From positions 64,001 through 128,000 of the forward strand of contig CAJWLU010000001.1 in assembly GCA_913043225.1 (NCBI GenBank): a DNA stretch of 64,000 nucleotides. Direction: 5' to 3'. Numbering within the stretch: the stretch's first letter is position 1; each line of letters opens with the position of its first letter. The notes below the pieces were generated by a model. It made no database searches. It saw nothing but the letters and a program-made list of their open reading frames with translations, and was not told the origin of the DNA. The position numbers and the translations under genes were made by a program. Of this stretch, positions 36,965 to 47,428 are shown in pieces. This stretch comes from an uncultured Acidobacteriota bacterium (GTDB lineage: Bacteria; Acidobacteriota; Vicinamibacteria; Vicinamibacterales; UBA8438).

Positions 36965-39109
36965 GTGTCGAGACCTGCGTACTTCGCCATCGCCGCCCGA
37001 GGCACCGAGTCGGTGCTTGCCGACGAGTTCAACGCCCTGGGCATCGCGCCGGTCGCCATCGAGCGGGGTGGCGTCCGATTCGGGACCAACCTGGAAGACG
37101 GCTACCGTGCCTGCCTCTGGTCCCGTATAGCGAGCCGCATCCTGCACCCACTCGCGACCTTTGACGCACCCGACGCCGGCACGCTGTACGACGGCATCCG
37201 CGACATCTCATGGGCCGACCATCTCGAACCACGACGAACGCTGGCCGTTGATGTCGCCGGTAAGGACGCGCCGGCTGGCCCTGGACATTTCCTAGCCCTG
37301 AAGGCCAAGGACGCCATCGTCGACCGAATTCGTGAATCCTGCGGCCAACGACCAAACGTCGATACGAAGACCCCAAATCTTCGGATCAACCTCCATGTGG
37401 CTGGTCCCCGGGTCACCGTGAGCCTCGATCTCTCAGGACGGGGCCTGCACCGACGGGGCCGGGAACGGAGCGGGGCCGATGCGCCACTGAAAGAGAACCT
37501 GGCGGCCGCCATCCTGCGCCTGGCGTGCTGGCCCGACGCCGCACCGGATATCCCGCTGTTCGATCCACTCTGCGGCTCCGGGACGCTGTTGCTCGAAGCT
37601 GCGGCCATGCGCCTCGACCGCGCCCCAGGCCTGGGACGTCCACTCCCTGGAGGCGGCGGGTGGAAGGGCCACAATGCGACCTTGTGGCAACGGTTGCAGG
37701 ATGAGGCCGAGGAACGACGTCACGCATCGGAGTCACAACCAGTCCGGCTGGCTGGCGCCGACGCTGCGGCGAAGGCGGTCGCGGCGGCTCGGCGTACCCT
37801 CCAGGCAGCGCGGCTGACCGGGAAGATCACCATCGTCCAGGGCGAGTTGCGGGATGCGCAGCCGCCCTGGTCCACGCCGGGCCTCGTCGTCACCAACCCG
37901 CCCTACGGCGTTCGACTAGGCGAAGAGGGAGAGCTGGGACCGTTCTACGGACTGCTGGGCGACGTGCTCAAGCGGAGGTTCGCCGGCTGGACGGCCTGGG
38001 TTTTCACCGGGAACATCCGGCTGGGCAAGCAGATCGGTCTCCGCCCTGCCTCGCGGCACGTTCTGTTCAACGGCCCGATCGAATCACGTCTGCTCGAGCT
38101 GCCAATCGCGACTCAGCCGGTGGCAGGCACGGCCGGACCGGGATGGCGCCGGGCAAGTCCCGAAGCGAAGGCGCTGACTACCAGGCTCACCAAGAACCTA
38201 GCGCAGATCCGACCATGGGCGAAGCGGTTCGGTACCTCCTGCTACCGGATCTACGACGCCGACGTGCCTGTCTACAACCTGGCCATCGACTGGTATGAGG
38301 GCGCGGTGCGCATAGAGGAATACGCCCGCCCACGCAAAGTTCGCGTGGCAGATGCCGAGCGGCGTCTCCGCGACGCGCTGCACGTGGTGCCAGACCTTCT
38401 GGGGGTGACGGCCGAACAGGTCACGCTACGGGTACGTCAGCGCCGCGGCGCCAACCAACAACACGATCGCCGAGAAAACGCCGGACGCACCCGCGTAGTA
38501 CGGGAGGGCGGTCTCAGATTCGAAGTTAATCTCGAGGACTACCTGGACACCGGTCTCTTTCTGGACGACCGCCTGCTCCGCCACCGCATCCAGCAACGCG
38601 CGCACCGCCGGCAATTCCTGAATCTGTTTGCCTACACGTGCACGGCGTCCGTCGCGGCGGCGGCTGGCGGCGCTCTCGCCACGACGAGTATCGATCTGTC
38701 GAAGCGCCATCTCGAATGGGGGCGCCGCAACTTTCGCCTGAACGGCATCGACCCGAAAGCCCACCAACTCGTTCGAGCCGAGGCCAGTCAGTGGCTATCC
38801 TGCAGTCGAGATCGGTACGACCTGGTGCTTGTCTCACCGCCGACCCACTCGGGCTCGCGAGCGATGCAGACCGAGTTCGACATCCAGCGCGACCATGTCA
38901 CGCTCTTCGAACGTGTCTGCGACCGGCTCGCTCCAGGCGGTGAGCTCCTCTTTGCCACAAACCTGCGCAGTTTCGAGCTCGACACGGTCGTCGGGACACG
39001 GTGCCGCATAGAGGAGATCACCTCGGAAGTGACACCTCCCGACTTCGAACGCCGGCCCCGGCTCCGCGCCTGGTCCCTGAAGCTTCGAGGCGGCCGGCCC
39101 TTACAATAG
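36965..39109 (+). CDS. rlmKL: Bifunctional 23S rRNA methyltransferase RlmKL
   Basis: CLWSRIASR, THUMP region, APLKENLAAAIL, DPLCGSGT, NPPYG, YRIYDAD, DYLDTGLFLD, FLNLFAYT. Confidence 0.93.
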   Translation: MSRPAYFAIAARGTESVLADEFNALGIAPVAIERGGVRFGTNLEDGYRACLWSRIASRILHPLATFDAPDAGTLYDGIRDISWADHLEPRRTLAVDVAGKDAPAGPGHFLALKAKDAIVDRIRESCGQRPNVDTKTPNLRINLHVAGPRVTVSLDLSGRGLHRRGRERSGADAPLKENLAAAILRLACWPDAAPDIPLFDPLCGSGTLLLEAAAMRLDRAPGLGRPLPGGGGWKGHNATLWQRLQDEAEERRHASESQPVRLAGADAAAKAVAAARRTLQAARLTGKITIVQGELRDAQPPWSTPGLVVTNPPYGVRLGEEGELGPFYGLLGDVLKRRFAGWTAWVFTGNIRLGKQIGLRPASRHVLFNGPIESRLLELPIATQPVAGTAGPGWRRASPEAKALTTRLTKNLAQIRPWAKRFGTSCYRIYDADVPVYNLAIDWYEGAVRIEEYARPRKVRVADAERRLRDALHVVPDLLGVTAEQVTLRVRQRRGANQQHDRRENAGRTRVVREGGLRFEVNLEDYLDTGLFLDDRLLRHRIQQRAHRRQFLNLFAYTCTASVAAAAGGALATTSIDLSKRHLEWGRRNFRLNGIDPKAHQLVRAEASQWLSCSRDRYDLVLVSPPTHSGSRAMQTEFDIQRDHVTLFERVCDRLAPGGELLFATNLRSFELDTVVGTRCRIEEITSEVTPPDFERRPRLRAWSLKLRGGRPLQ

Positions 39110-39113
39110 CGAC

Positions 39114-39596
39114 ATGGCAAAGCGGTACTGGTTGATGAAATGCGAACCGAGCGCCTACAGCATCGGCGACCTCGAGCGCGATGGGGAAACCTGCTGGGAA
39201 GGCGTCCGCAACTTTCAGGCACGCAACTTCATGCGGGACGACATGCAGATTGGCGACGGCGTCCTCTTCTACGCTTCGAACGCGGATCCGTCTGGTGTCT
39301 CAGGCCTGGCGACGATCGCCAAGACCGGCTATCCGGATCACTTCGCGTGGAAGAAAAACCACAAGTACTTCGATGTCCGAAGCACCAAGGAAAAGCCGAT
39401 CTGGTTCATGGTGGACCTAGCCTTTCAGGAGCGATTCTCGGACACCGTACCACTGTCCGCCTTGAAAGGGACCAAGGGCCTAGAAGAGATGAAGGTGGTG
39501 CAGAAAGGGAGTCGCCTGTCGGTGCAGCCGGTCACCAAGAAGGAATACGACATCGTCGTCAGGCTCAATCGCAAGACGAAAACAGCCGCAGGCTAG
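39114..39596 (+). CDS. EVE domain-containing protein
   Basis: YWLMKCEP, WEGVRNFQARNFMR, RLSVQPV. Confidence 0.93.
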   Translation: MAKRYWLMKCEPSAYSIGDLERDGETCWEGVRNFQARNFMRDDMQIGDGVLFYASNADPSGVSGLATIAKTGYPDHFAWKKNHKYFDVRSTKEKPIWFMVDLAFQERFSDTVPLSALKGTKGLEEMKVVQKGSRLSVQPVTKKEYDIVVRLNRKTKTAAG

Positions 39597-39635
39597 GTCA
39601 GCCTGCGGCCCTGGCCATCTCCCGTTCGGGACGCG

Positions 39636-41063
39636 TCAGTTGTTCGTGGGTTCAACCACGGCCTTGATCATTTCCCGCAGCAGCCCCCAGCGATCGAAAC
39701 CCTGGCGGCCGTAGTCGAGTCCCCGCCGGACGATCACCAGATCGTGCGACGGCGCGATCACGACGAACTGGCCGCGGTTACCAGACGTCGAATAGGCGTC
39801 CCTCGGGACGTCGTCGCGCCCTTCCGGAACCAGCCAGAACTGGCCGCCGTAATGCCCCCCGCGCCCAACGGTGGCCGGGGCCGGCGTGCGAATGAAGTCG
39901 ATCCACGACTCCGAGACGAGCCGCTCGCCGTTCCAAACCCCGCCGTTCAGATACAGGAGTCCGAACCGCGCGAGGTCTCTGGCGTTGGTGTAGATCTGGC
40001 TGCTGAGGATGAAGTCGCCGAAGCGATCGGTGCTGAGCAGGGTGTTCCGCATCCCGATCTTGTCGAGCAGCCTGTGACGAGGGAACTCCAGATAGGCCTG
40101 ATCGTCCCCGATCACCTGCTTCATCTTGTAGACCGCCAGCAGGGTGTCGTAGTTCTCGTAGTCCCAGTTCGTCCCGGGCTTGCGAATCAGCGCCTGCCTG
40201 AGCGCGCCGGTCACCGAGCTGGCGCCGGCCCAGTAGGACATGCCGGAGCCGGTGGCATACTCCCGACCGGCGTTGTCGATGGTGTCGAGCCCGCTCGACA
40301 TGTTCAGCACGTGCCGCAGCGTGACCTCGCTCCGCGGGTCCTCTCCAGGCACACGGGTGCGCGGCAGCCACTCGAACCCCAACGACTCGTCGAGCTGCAT
40401 CTTTCCCTCGTCGACCAGCATGCCGATGAGTGTCGACGCGATGCTCTTCGCCGTGGACCAGGTGCGAGTTCGGGTGGTCATGTCCACCCCTGGCGCGTAG
40501 CGCTCGTGGATGATGTGCCCGTCGTGTACGACCAGGAGACTCAGCGTGTCCTGTTCCGGGGTGTCTCGCTCGAACGCCCAGTCCGAAGCGGCCTGGAGCG
40601 CGCCCGCGTCGATCCCCGGAGGCAGCGACATGTCCGCCACCAGGTCACCATCGGGCCAGGCGATAGTCGCCGGATCACCCTCCGGATACTGCAGCGTGAG
40701 CTCAGGCAGCGCCTCGATATCGGTGAGGGTTTGGTCCGGCGGCAGGATGACGCACCCTATCCCTTCCCGAAACGCCGCCCGCATGACCGGTACTGCGCCC
40801 TCGGTCCCGATGATGACGGCCCGGCGGGCCTGGTCGATCTCGTAGGGGTGTACCTCTGGTAGAAACGCCAGTTCCTGCGCCACCACACTCTCGAGACTGC
40901 GGTTCGAGGTAAACAGGCCGTTGCACATGAAGATAGCCTGCTGCCCCCGCCGGATCATGTCCCGCTGCGGCTGCCAGTAGTCGTAGCGCTCTTCCTGCTG
41001 TGCAACAGCCGACAGCGGCGCGAGCAGCGCCAACCCGACGAGCACGGTCAACGTGCGCTTCAT
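39636..41063 (-). CDS. Exported serine hydrolase (beta-lactamase class C / NylB-like)
   Basis: Signal peptide; WSTAKS (SxxK), LNMSSGL, YEN, ARDLARFG, GNRGQ. Confidence 0.88.
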   Translation of the reverse strand: MKRTLTVLVGLALLAPLSAVAQQEERYDYWQPQRDMIRRGQQAIFMCNGLFTSNRSLESVVAQELAFLPEVHPYEIDQARRAVIIGTEGAVPVMRAAFREGIGCVILPPDQTLTDIEALPELTLQYPEGDPATIAWPDGDLVADMSLPPGIDAGALQAASDWAFERDTPEQDTLSLLVVHDGHIIHERYAPGVDMTTRTRTWSTAKSIASTLIGMLVDEGKMQLDESLGFEWLPRTRVPGEDPRSEVTLRHVLNMSSGLDTIDNAGREYATGSGMSYWAGASSVTGALRQALIRKPGTNWDYENYDTLLAVYKMKQVIGDDQAYLEFPRHRLLDKIGMRNTLLSTDRFGDFILSSQIYTNARDLARFGLLYLNGGVWNGERLVSESWIDFIRTPAPATVGRGGHYGGQFWLVPEGRDDVPRDAYSTSGNRGQFVVIAPSHDLVIVRRGLDYGRQGFDRWGLLREMIKAVVEPTNN

Positions 41064-41160
41064 CTGCCCCTCCTCAGAGGTACTCTTACCTCAAACTGAA
41101 TCCCCAAATTATATCGACCGGAAGCCTGAAGCCGCAGGCCGACAGCAACCGTCGGACTGC

Positions 41161-42402
41161 TCACAACACCATCAGCGCCGGCTGTTCGAGATAACGCTTC
41201 ACAGCAGCAAGCAGCTCGGCACCGGTCGCGCCATCGATGGCGCGATGATCCGCCGAGAGCGTGCAACTCATCATCGTCCCGATCCGAACATCGTTGCCTA
41301 CCGCGATCGGCCGCCTCGTCGCCGACCCCACCCCGAGCACACAGCTCTGCGGAGGGTTGACGATGGCGAACAGGCTATCGACACCGTACATCCCCAGGTT
41401 GGAGATAGTGAACGTGCCGCCCGTGTAGTCATCCGGCCGAAGGGAGCCCTCCCGGGCCCGCGCAACCAGCGCCCGGCTATCGCGAGCGATGTCGCCCAGA
41501 TCCTTCGTGTCGGCCGCCCGGATGATCGGCGTGATCAGCCCGTCAGCGGTGTTCACGGCCAGGGCGATGTCGACGGCATCATAGAGGCGGAGTGCGCCAC
41601 CCGCCCAGGCCGAGTTAGCGCGCGGCACGTGTCGGAGCGCGAGCGCCGCAGCTCGGATCACCAGGTCGGTCAACGTTGGCGCCTGGTCACGTCCGAGTGT
41701 CTTCGCCTGGGCGATAACGACCATGGCGGCATCGACGTCGCACTCGGCCCTCAGGTAGAAGTGCGGTACCGTCTGCTTCGCCTGCTCCATCCGCGTCGCC
41801 GTCACGCGACGCATGGCGGTCAGCGGTTCGTCACGGAAGCCCCCGCCCTCGCTCGCGGCAGCCGAGGCCAACGACGTCTCCGCTCCCAGGGCGCCAGGAA
41901 GCAATCGGTCGATGTCGGCCTTCATGATCCGTCCGTCGCGTCCGGTGCCGGCCACCTTCGAGAGATCGATCCCGGCGGCGGACGCCATCCTCCTGGCCAT
42001 CGGTGTAACTGCAACCGCAGCGCCCTCAGTCGACGCCGCGTCAACGGTCTCCTCTTCGGCTTGCGACAGGGTCGTGGACGCGGCCGTCTTCTCGAGCGGC
42101 GCCGTGGGTGCCGTCGACACGGCCGCCAGGGTCGGCCCGCTCGTCTCCGCATGCGGCCGGATGAGCGCCAGCAGTGCCCCGGTCTCGATCCCCTCGGTCC
42201 CCTCGGCGACCTGGATCGCGCTCAGTACCCCCGCGACCGGCGCCTCGAGCTCGACCGTCGTCTTGTCTGTTTCGACTTCGACGATCGGCTCACCAGCCTC
42301 GACACGATCGCCTTCACGCTTGAGCCAGGCGCCCACGATCACCTCAGTGACCGAATCGGCCAGCTGCGGCAGACGCACCTCGGTCGGTAACTCCCCACTC
42401 AT
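41161..42402 (-). CDS. 2-oxoacid dehydrogenase E2 (dihydrolipoamide acyltransferase), one lipoyl domain
   Basis: ETDKTTVE lipoyl site, GTGRDGRI binding domain, FTISNLG, DHRAIDG. Confidence 0.93.
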   Translation of the reverse strand: MSGELPTEVRLPQLADSVTEVIVGAWLKREGDRVEAGEPIVEVETDKTTVELEAPVAGVLSAIQVAEGTEGIETGALLALIRPHAETSGPTLAAVSTAPTAPLEKTAASTTLSQAEEETVDAASTEGAAVAVTPMARRMASAAGIDLSKVAGTGRDGRIMKADIDRLLPGALGAETSLASAAASEGGGFRDEPLTAMRRVTATRMEQAKQTVPHFYLRAECDVDAAMVVIAQAKTLGRDQAPTLTDLVIRAAALALRHVPRANSAWAGGALRLYDAVDIALAVNTADGLITPIIRAADTKDLGDIARDSRALVARAREGSLRPDDYTGGTFTISNLGMYGVDSLFAIVNPPQSCVLGVGSATRRPIAVGNDVRIGTMMSCTLSADHRAIDGATGAELLAAVKRYLEQPALMVL

Positions 42403-44753
42403 CTAACACACAACCTCGCCGCCGCCTCCACGATAGCGTCGGCATCCAACTGATATGCCGCATACAGGTCCGGCACATCACCGGACTGGCCAAAACTAGT
42501 AACCCCAAGCGGGAGCACCCGATGCGATCCCACCGCCCCCAACCAGGACAGGGTCGCGGGATGGCCGTCGAGCACCGTCACCAGCCCCGCGTCGGTCGCC
42601 AGCGGCTCCAGCAGTCGCCGGACCGGCGCCTTGCTTGGCCTCCCTGCGATCACCGCCCGCATCCACTGCTGGTGCAGTCGGCCCGGACAGGTCACCACGA
42701 GCAGCCCGACGCCCGGAATATCCTCGACGATCTGCGCATGAGCATCCAACGCCTGGTCCACAATGGCACCGCTCGCCACGATGGCCAGTTCAGCCCCCTC
42801 AGCCGGAGGCCGCAGCCAATAACCACCATCAACGATCTGGCGGTGGTCTGCAAGCGTCAACTCCCGATCGGGCTGCGCCAGCGGGCGGGTTGAGAGGCGT
42901 AAATAGACGGCTCCCCCCTCGTCCGCCTGCATATGCTCGAAACTCCACCGGAGCACGACCGCAAGCTCGTCCACGTAGGCCGGTTCGAACGCGGTGAGTC
43001 CCGGCTGCCCCATCCCGATGAGCGGCGTCACGACAGATTGGTGCGCACCGCCCTCTGGGGCTAAGCTAACTCCGGACGGCGTTGCAACGACGAGGAACCG
43101 CGCGTCCTGGTAGCAGGCGTAATTCAGCGCATCAAGCCCACGGCTAATGAATGGGTCATAGAGCGTTCCGATGGGGAGCAGCCGGGTCCCGAACAGCGGC
43201 CCCGTCAACCCGAGCGCAGCGAGCAGCAAGAACAGGTTGTTCTCAGCAATCCCCAGCTCAAGATGCTGTCCCTCGGGCCCCATCGTCCAGTCTTGAGCCG
43301 ACAACGGCTGGTCGCCGCGAAAGACATCCGCCTGCGCCGACTTATTGAAGACGCCCCGGCGATTGACCCAGCCTCCGAGATTAGTGGACACCGTAACGTC
43401 GGGCGACGTGGTCACGATGCGATCCGCTAGCTCGGGGTGACGTCGCGCGATGTCGGCCAGCACCCGTCCGAAGCCAGCCTGAGTGGAAAGCCGGTCGCCA
43501 GGAGGCGGTGTCAGCGACTCTGGCACCGGCACCAGCGCCGCCACGTGACGCCGCTCGGCCGACTGACTGAACGGCACGGTGTTGAGGAACGCGCGAAGCC
43601 GCACTGGGGAAACATCCAGTCCCGCGAACGGGTCCCACTCGGCTCCCGCCTCGATGCCCATCTGGTCACGCAGGGTAGCTATCTGGTCAGGTGTGGTCAG
43701 ACCCGAGTGGTTGTCCTTATGGCCCTCGAACGGGAGACCGTGCCCCTTGATGGTGTAGGCGATAAAGCAGACTGGCGTCTCCTCGGTAGCGGCCTCGTGA
43801 AATGCCTCCCGCACCGCCTCCAGATCGTGGCCGGCCAGATTGGTCATCAGCGTGTGCAACCCGACATCGTCATGCTCGTCGAGCAGCTCCGCGATACCCG
43901 AGGTATCCCCGAGGTCGCGGACCAGCCGCTCCCGCCAGGCGGCGCCACCCTGATAGGCCAGCGCGGAATACTCGGAGTTCGGGCAATCATCAATCCACCG
44001 CCGGAGCGACTCGCCACCACGGCGGGCGAACGCCGTCTCGAGTCGCTTGCCATACTTGAGGGTGACCACCCGCCACTCCATCGACGCAAACAGCGTGTCG
44101 AGCCGATGGAAGAAACGGTCGGCCACGATCGCATCAAGGCTCTGGCGGTTATAGTCGACGATCCACCAGGTGTTGGTGATTTGGTGCTTCCAGGACTCGA
44201 GCAGCGCCTCGAAGACGTTGCCCTCGTCGAACTCGGCGTCGCCAGCCACCGCGATCATGCGACCAGGAGGGGCGTCGCCGTCGATGAGCTTCCGGTGCCG
44301 GAGATAGTCTTGCGCTAGCGCGGTGAAGCTGGTCATGGCCACCCCCAGACCAACCGACCCGGTGGAGAGGTCGACGTCGTCGAGGTCCTTCGTCCGCGAG
44401 GGATACGACTGCGCGCCCCCGAAGGCCCGGAAGCGCTCCAGCTGCTCACGGCTCTGGTTGCCAAGCAGGTACTGGATCGCGTGAAACACCGGGCTACCGT
44501 GCGGCTTGACTGCCACCCGATCGAACGGCCGCAGCACGTCGAAATACAGGGCAGTCATCAGCGTCACCATCGACGCACATGACGCCTGGTGCCCCCCAAC
44601 CTTAAGCCCGTCCCGGCTGGGGCGCACATGATTGGCGTGGTGGATCATCCAGGCGCTAAGCCAGAGCACCTTCTGTTCAAGTGCGGCCAGGCACTCCTCA
44701 GAGGTCGTGTTCGCGACCGAGGCCGACACGCCAGAGAGAGAGGGAACTGTCAT
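42399..44753 (-). CDS. Single-chain transketolase-like 2-oxoacid dehydrogenase E1 (AceE/MdeB-like)
   Basis: KVGGHQAS, QSYPS, STGSVGLG, GDAEFDEG...NRQ ThDP motif, GIAE, EGGAHQS. Confidence 0.88.
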   Translation of the reverse strand: MTVPSLSGVSASVANTTSEECLAALEQKVLWLSAWMIHHANHVRPSRDGLKVGGHQASCASMVTLMTALYFDVLRPFDRVAVKPHGSPVFHAIQYLLGNQSREQLERFRAFGGAQSYPSRTKDLDDVDLSTGSVGLGVAMTSFTALAQDYLRHRKLIDGDAPPGRMIAVAGDAEFDEGNVFEALLESWKHQITNTWWIVDYNRQSLDAIVADRFFHRLDTLFASMEWRVVTLKYGKRLETAFARRGGESLRRWIDDCPNSEYSALAYQGGAAWRERLVRDLGDTSGIAELLDEHDDVGLHTLMTNLAGHDLEAVREAFHEAATEETPVCFIAYTIKGHGLPFEGHKDNHSGLTTPDQIATLRDQMGIEAGAEWDPFAGLDVSPVRLRAFLNTVPFSQSAERRHVAALVPVPESLTPPPGDRLSTQAGFGRVLADIARRHPELADRIVTTSPDVTVSTNLGGWVNRRGVFNKSAQADVFRGDQPLSAQDWTMGPEGQHLELGIAENNLFLLLAALGLTGPLFGTRLLPIGTLYDPFISRGLDALNYACYQDARFLVVATPSGVSLAPEGGAHQSVVTPLIGMGQPGLTAFEPAYVDELAVVLRWSFEHMQADEGGAVYLRLSTRPLAQPDRELTLADHRQIVDGGYWLRPPAEGAELAIVASGAIVDQALDAHAQIVEDIPGVGLLVVTCPGRLHQQWMRAVIAGRPSKAPVRRLLEPLATDAGLVTVLDGHPATLSWLGAVGSHRVLPLGVTSFGQSGDVPDLYAAYQLDADAIVEAAARLCVR

Positions 44754-44808
44754 AACACCGTCACCGATCGTATCCGGACCGGGCCCGAAGGCGCACGGGG
44801 GGTCTCGC

Positions 44809-45849
44809 TCAGCGGTCCGGCGGTTCGTACTTGAGCAGGGCGCCGCCGTAGGCCACTACGGCGCCATAGACCGTCCCGTCCGGGGCTACGGCCACGCCTT
44901 CGGGGTTCGAGCCGTCGATGAAGGCCGTCAGCGAACCGTCCCGCAAATTGCCGATCCGAATGCCGTACTCCCAACCCGAGTGCTGCCCGTTCCGTGACGA
45001 GGCGGAATCGGCCACGTACACCGTGTCGTCGGCGGCAATGTGTAACCCGCTCGGCCGGCTGTATTGATAGAACTCCTCGATGAACTCGCCCCCGGTGTCG
45101 AACACCTGCAGCCGGTCATTGCCGCGGTCGGCCACAACCACCCGCCCCCGGGAATCGAGGTCGATCGCGTGAGGGGTCCGGAATTGCCCCGGCCCGCTGC
45201 CATGCGACCCCCACTCGCCTATGTAGGCACCGTCGGAGGCGAACTTGACGACCCTGGCGGTAGTGTGCGGACCTGCATCGGCCGCCTGCCCCCCATGTCC
45301 ATCGGCCACGAAGATGGTGCCGTCGGCCGCAGTCACGACGTCACAGGGTTGATCCAGCGTATCGCGGCCAGCCGCTCCCACGCCGGGCGTGCCGAGCGTT
45401 AGGAGCAGGTCGCCGTCTGGACTGAACTTCATCACGACGTGCCCCTTACCTTCGCGGGCAGGGTCTCGTCCGTCAGGACCCAACGAGTCAGTCACCCAGA
45501 CTGCACCGGCCTGATCGACGTGGAGTCCGTGCGGCTGCACCATCATGCCCCGACCGAAACTCGCAACCAAAGTCCCGTCCAGTCTGAACTTCAGGATCGG
45601 ATCAAGATCGGACCGCGCGCAGTCGTTGGCACCGCAGCGCTCGGCTACCCAGAGATGGCGTCCGTCGGGATCCACGTCAACCCCGCCGGTTGATCCCCAC
45701 TCACGACCGGCCGGCAATCCCGCCCAGTCCTCGGCCGTCACATACGGATTGGGAGCGTCGTTCTGGGGAAGGATATCTGGCTGGGCACTAGCCGAGGAGG
45801 CGGCCACGGCCACGAACATGAACGTCTGCACGCGTGACGCGAAGAACAC
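44809..45849 (-). CDS. NHL-repeat protein, peptidyl-alpha-hydroxyglycine alpha-amidating lyase (PAL)-like, exported
   Basis: Signal peptide; PHGLHVD, FVADGH, FRTPHAI, VADRGNDRLQVF. Confidence 0.8.
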   Translation of the reverse strand: MFFASRVQTFMFVAVAASSASAQPDILPQNDAPNPYVTAEDWAGLPAGREWGSTGGVDVDPDGRHLWVAERCGANDCARSDLDPILKFRLDGTLVASFGRGMMVQPHGLHVDQAGAVWVTDSLGPDGRDPAREGKGHVVMKFSPDGDLLLTLGTPGVGAAGRDTLDQPCDVVTAADGTIFVADGHGGQAADAGPHTTARVVKFASDGAYIGEWGSHGSGPGQFRTPHAIDLDSRGRVVVADRGNDRLQVFDTGGEFIEEFYQYSRPSGLHIAADDTVYVADSASSRNGQHSGWEYGIRIGNLRDGSLTAFIDGSNPEGVAVAPDGTVYGAVVAYGGALLKYEPPDR

Positions 45850-45855
45850 GGGTTC

Positions 45856-47427
45856 CTACTGGGCAACGATGGCGGCTCGTCCCTGACGCAGGACATACTT
45901 CTGGATCTTCCCGGTGGCCGTCTTCGGGAGCTCGTCGACGAAGTGCACCTTGCGCGGAGTCTTGAAGTTGGCCATGTGCTCTCGCGCGTAGGCAACGAGC
46001 TGGTCGGCTGTCATCATCGCCTCCGGAGCCAACACGATGAACGCATGTGGGGTCTCGCCCCATTTCTCGTCGGGCATGCCCACAACCGCCACCTCCTGGA
46101 TTGATGGATGCCGCATCAGCACTCCCTCGACTTCAACCGACGAGATGTTCTCGCCGCCACTGATGATGACGTCCTTGAAGCGGTCGCGGATCTCCACGTA
46201 GCCATCGGGATGGACCACAGCGGCGTCGCCGCTGTGGAACCAGCCGCCCCGCATGGCGTGAGCCGTTGCATCGGGGTCGTTGTAGTACCCCTCCATCACC
46301 ACATTGCCACGCACCACGATCTCACCGAGCGTCTCGGCATCACGTGGCACCGGGACGCCGTCCTCGTCCACCACCTGCAGTTCGCCCGAGGTGATGAGCT
46401 CAACGCCCTGGCGCGCCTTGACTACGGCGCGCTCATGGAGCGCCAGTTCGACATGCTCTGGGCGGGCCTCACAAACGGTTATGAACGGTGCGGTCTCGGT
46501 CAATCCGTAGACGTGTGTCAAATCCCACCCGAACTCGCCCTCGACCCGCTCGATAGTCGCCGCCGCCGGTGGAGCCCCCGCGGTGAGCACCCGCACGCCG
46601 GACGGCACGTCGCCCCGCTGGTCGGCGGAACAGCTCGCCAGTCCGATCAATACGGTGGGCGCGGCGCACAGCATGCTGACCCGTTCATCGCGCATTAACT
46701 GGAAAGCCTGCACGGGATCCACCTTCCGCAAACAGATGTGGACCCCACCCACGGCGGTCACGATCCAGGTGAACGTCCAGCCGTTGGCGTGGAACATCGG
46801 CAACGTCCATAAGTAGCGATCGACACAACTCATCGGGATGTGGACGAGCGTGCCCACCGCGTTCATGTAGGCGTTGCGGTGCGTGATCATCACGCCCTTC
46901 GGGCGTGAGGTGGTACCGCTGGTGTAGTTGATGGTCAGCAGATCCTGCTCCGAGATGTCCGGGCGGCTGAACTCGCCGGACTCAGTCGTACACAGCGCCT
47001 CGTAGTCGAGCCAACCTCCTCGCTCGCCTTCGAGTGCGACGTAGTGCTCGACCGACGGACAGTTAGCACGTATGCCGTCTACCGTCTCGAGGAAGTCGGC
47101 ATGGGCGCACACCACCCGGGCTCCCGAGTGCTGGACGATGTATTCGATCTCCTGCGGCTTGAGGCGGAAGTTGATCGGCACCAGAACAGCGCCGGCCTGA
47201 GGCACAGCGTAGAACGACTCAAGGTGCGCCGCGGTATTCAGCGAGATGTAGGCGACCCGGTCACCCTTGCCGACTCCCAGGCGCTGTAGCGCCGCCGACC
47301 ATCGGTCGGCGTGCTGGAAAAACGCCTCGTAGGTGAGCCTCCGCCCCTCGTCGACAACGCACTCTCGCTCGGGATACAGCGCCCGGGCCCGACGCTGAAA
47401 CTCGAGCGGGGTGAGCGGGGTCTCCAC
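45856..47427 (-). CDS. Acyl-CoA synthetase (AMP-forming)
   Basis: YTSGTTSRPKG, YLWTLPMFHANGW, YGLTE, WFHSGD, IISGGENI, PKTATGKIQK. Confidence 0.93.
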   Translation of the reverse strand: METPLTPLEFQRRARALYPERECVVDEGRRLTYEAFFQHADRWSAALQRLGVGKGDRVAYISLNTAAHLESFYAVPQAGAVLVPINFRLKPQEIEYIVQHSGARVVCAHADFLETVDGIRANCPSVEHYVALEGERGGWLDYEALCTTESGEFSRPDISEQDLLTINYTSGTTSRPKGVMITHRNAYMNAVGTLVHIPMSCVDRYLWTLPMFHANGWTFTWIVTAVGGVHICLRKVDPVQAFQLMRDERVSMLCAAPTVLIGLASCSADQRGDVPSGVRVLTAGAPPAAATIERVEGEFGWDLTHVYGLTETAPFITVCEARPEHVELALHERAVVKARQGVELITSGELQVVDEDGVPVPRDAETLGEIVVRGNVVMEGYYNDPDATAHAMRGGWFHSGDAAVVHPDGYVEIRDRFKDVIISGGENISSVEVEGVLMRHPSIQEVAVVGMPDEKWGETPHAFIVLAPEAMMTADQLVAYAREHMANFKTPRKVHFVDELPKTATGKIQKYVLRQGRAAIVAQ

Positions 47428-47428
47428 G

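Noticed and set aside
41053..42390. Long opposite-strand ORFs (also 16941-18113, 29844-30980, 39744-40862)
   Set aside because: Shadow frames of GC-rich genes with no recognisable motifs
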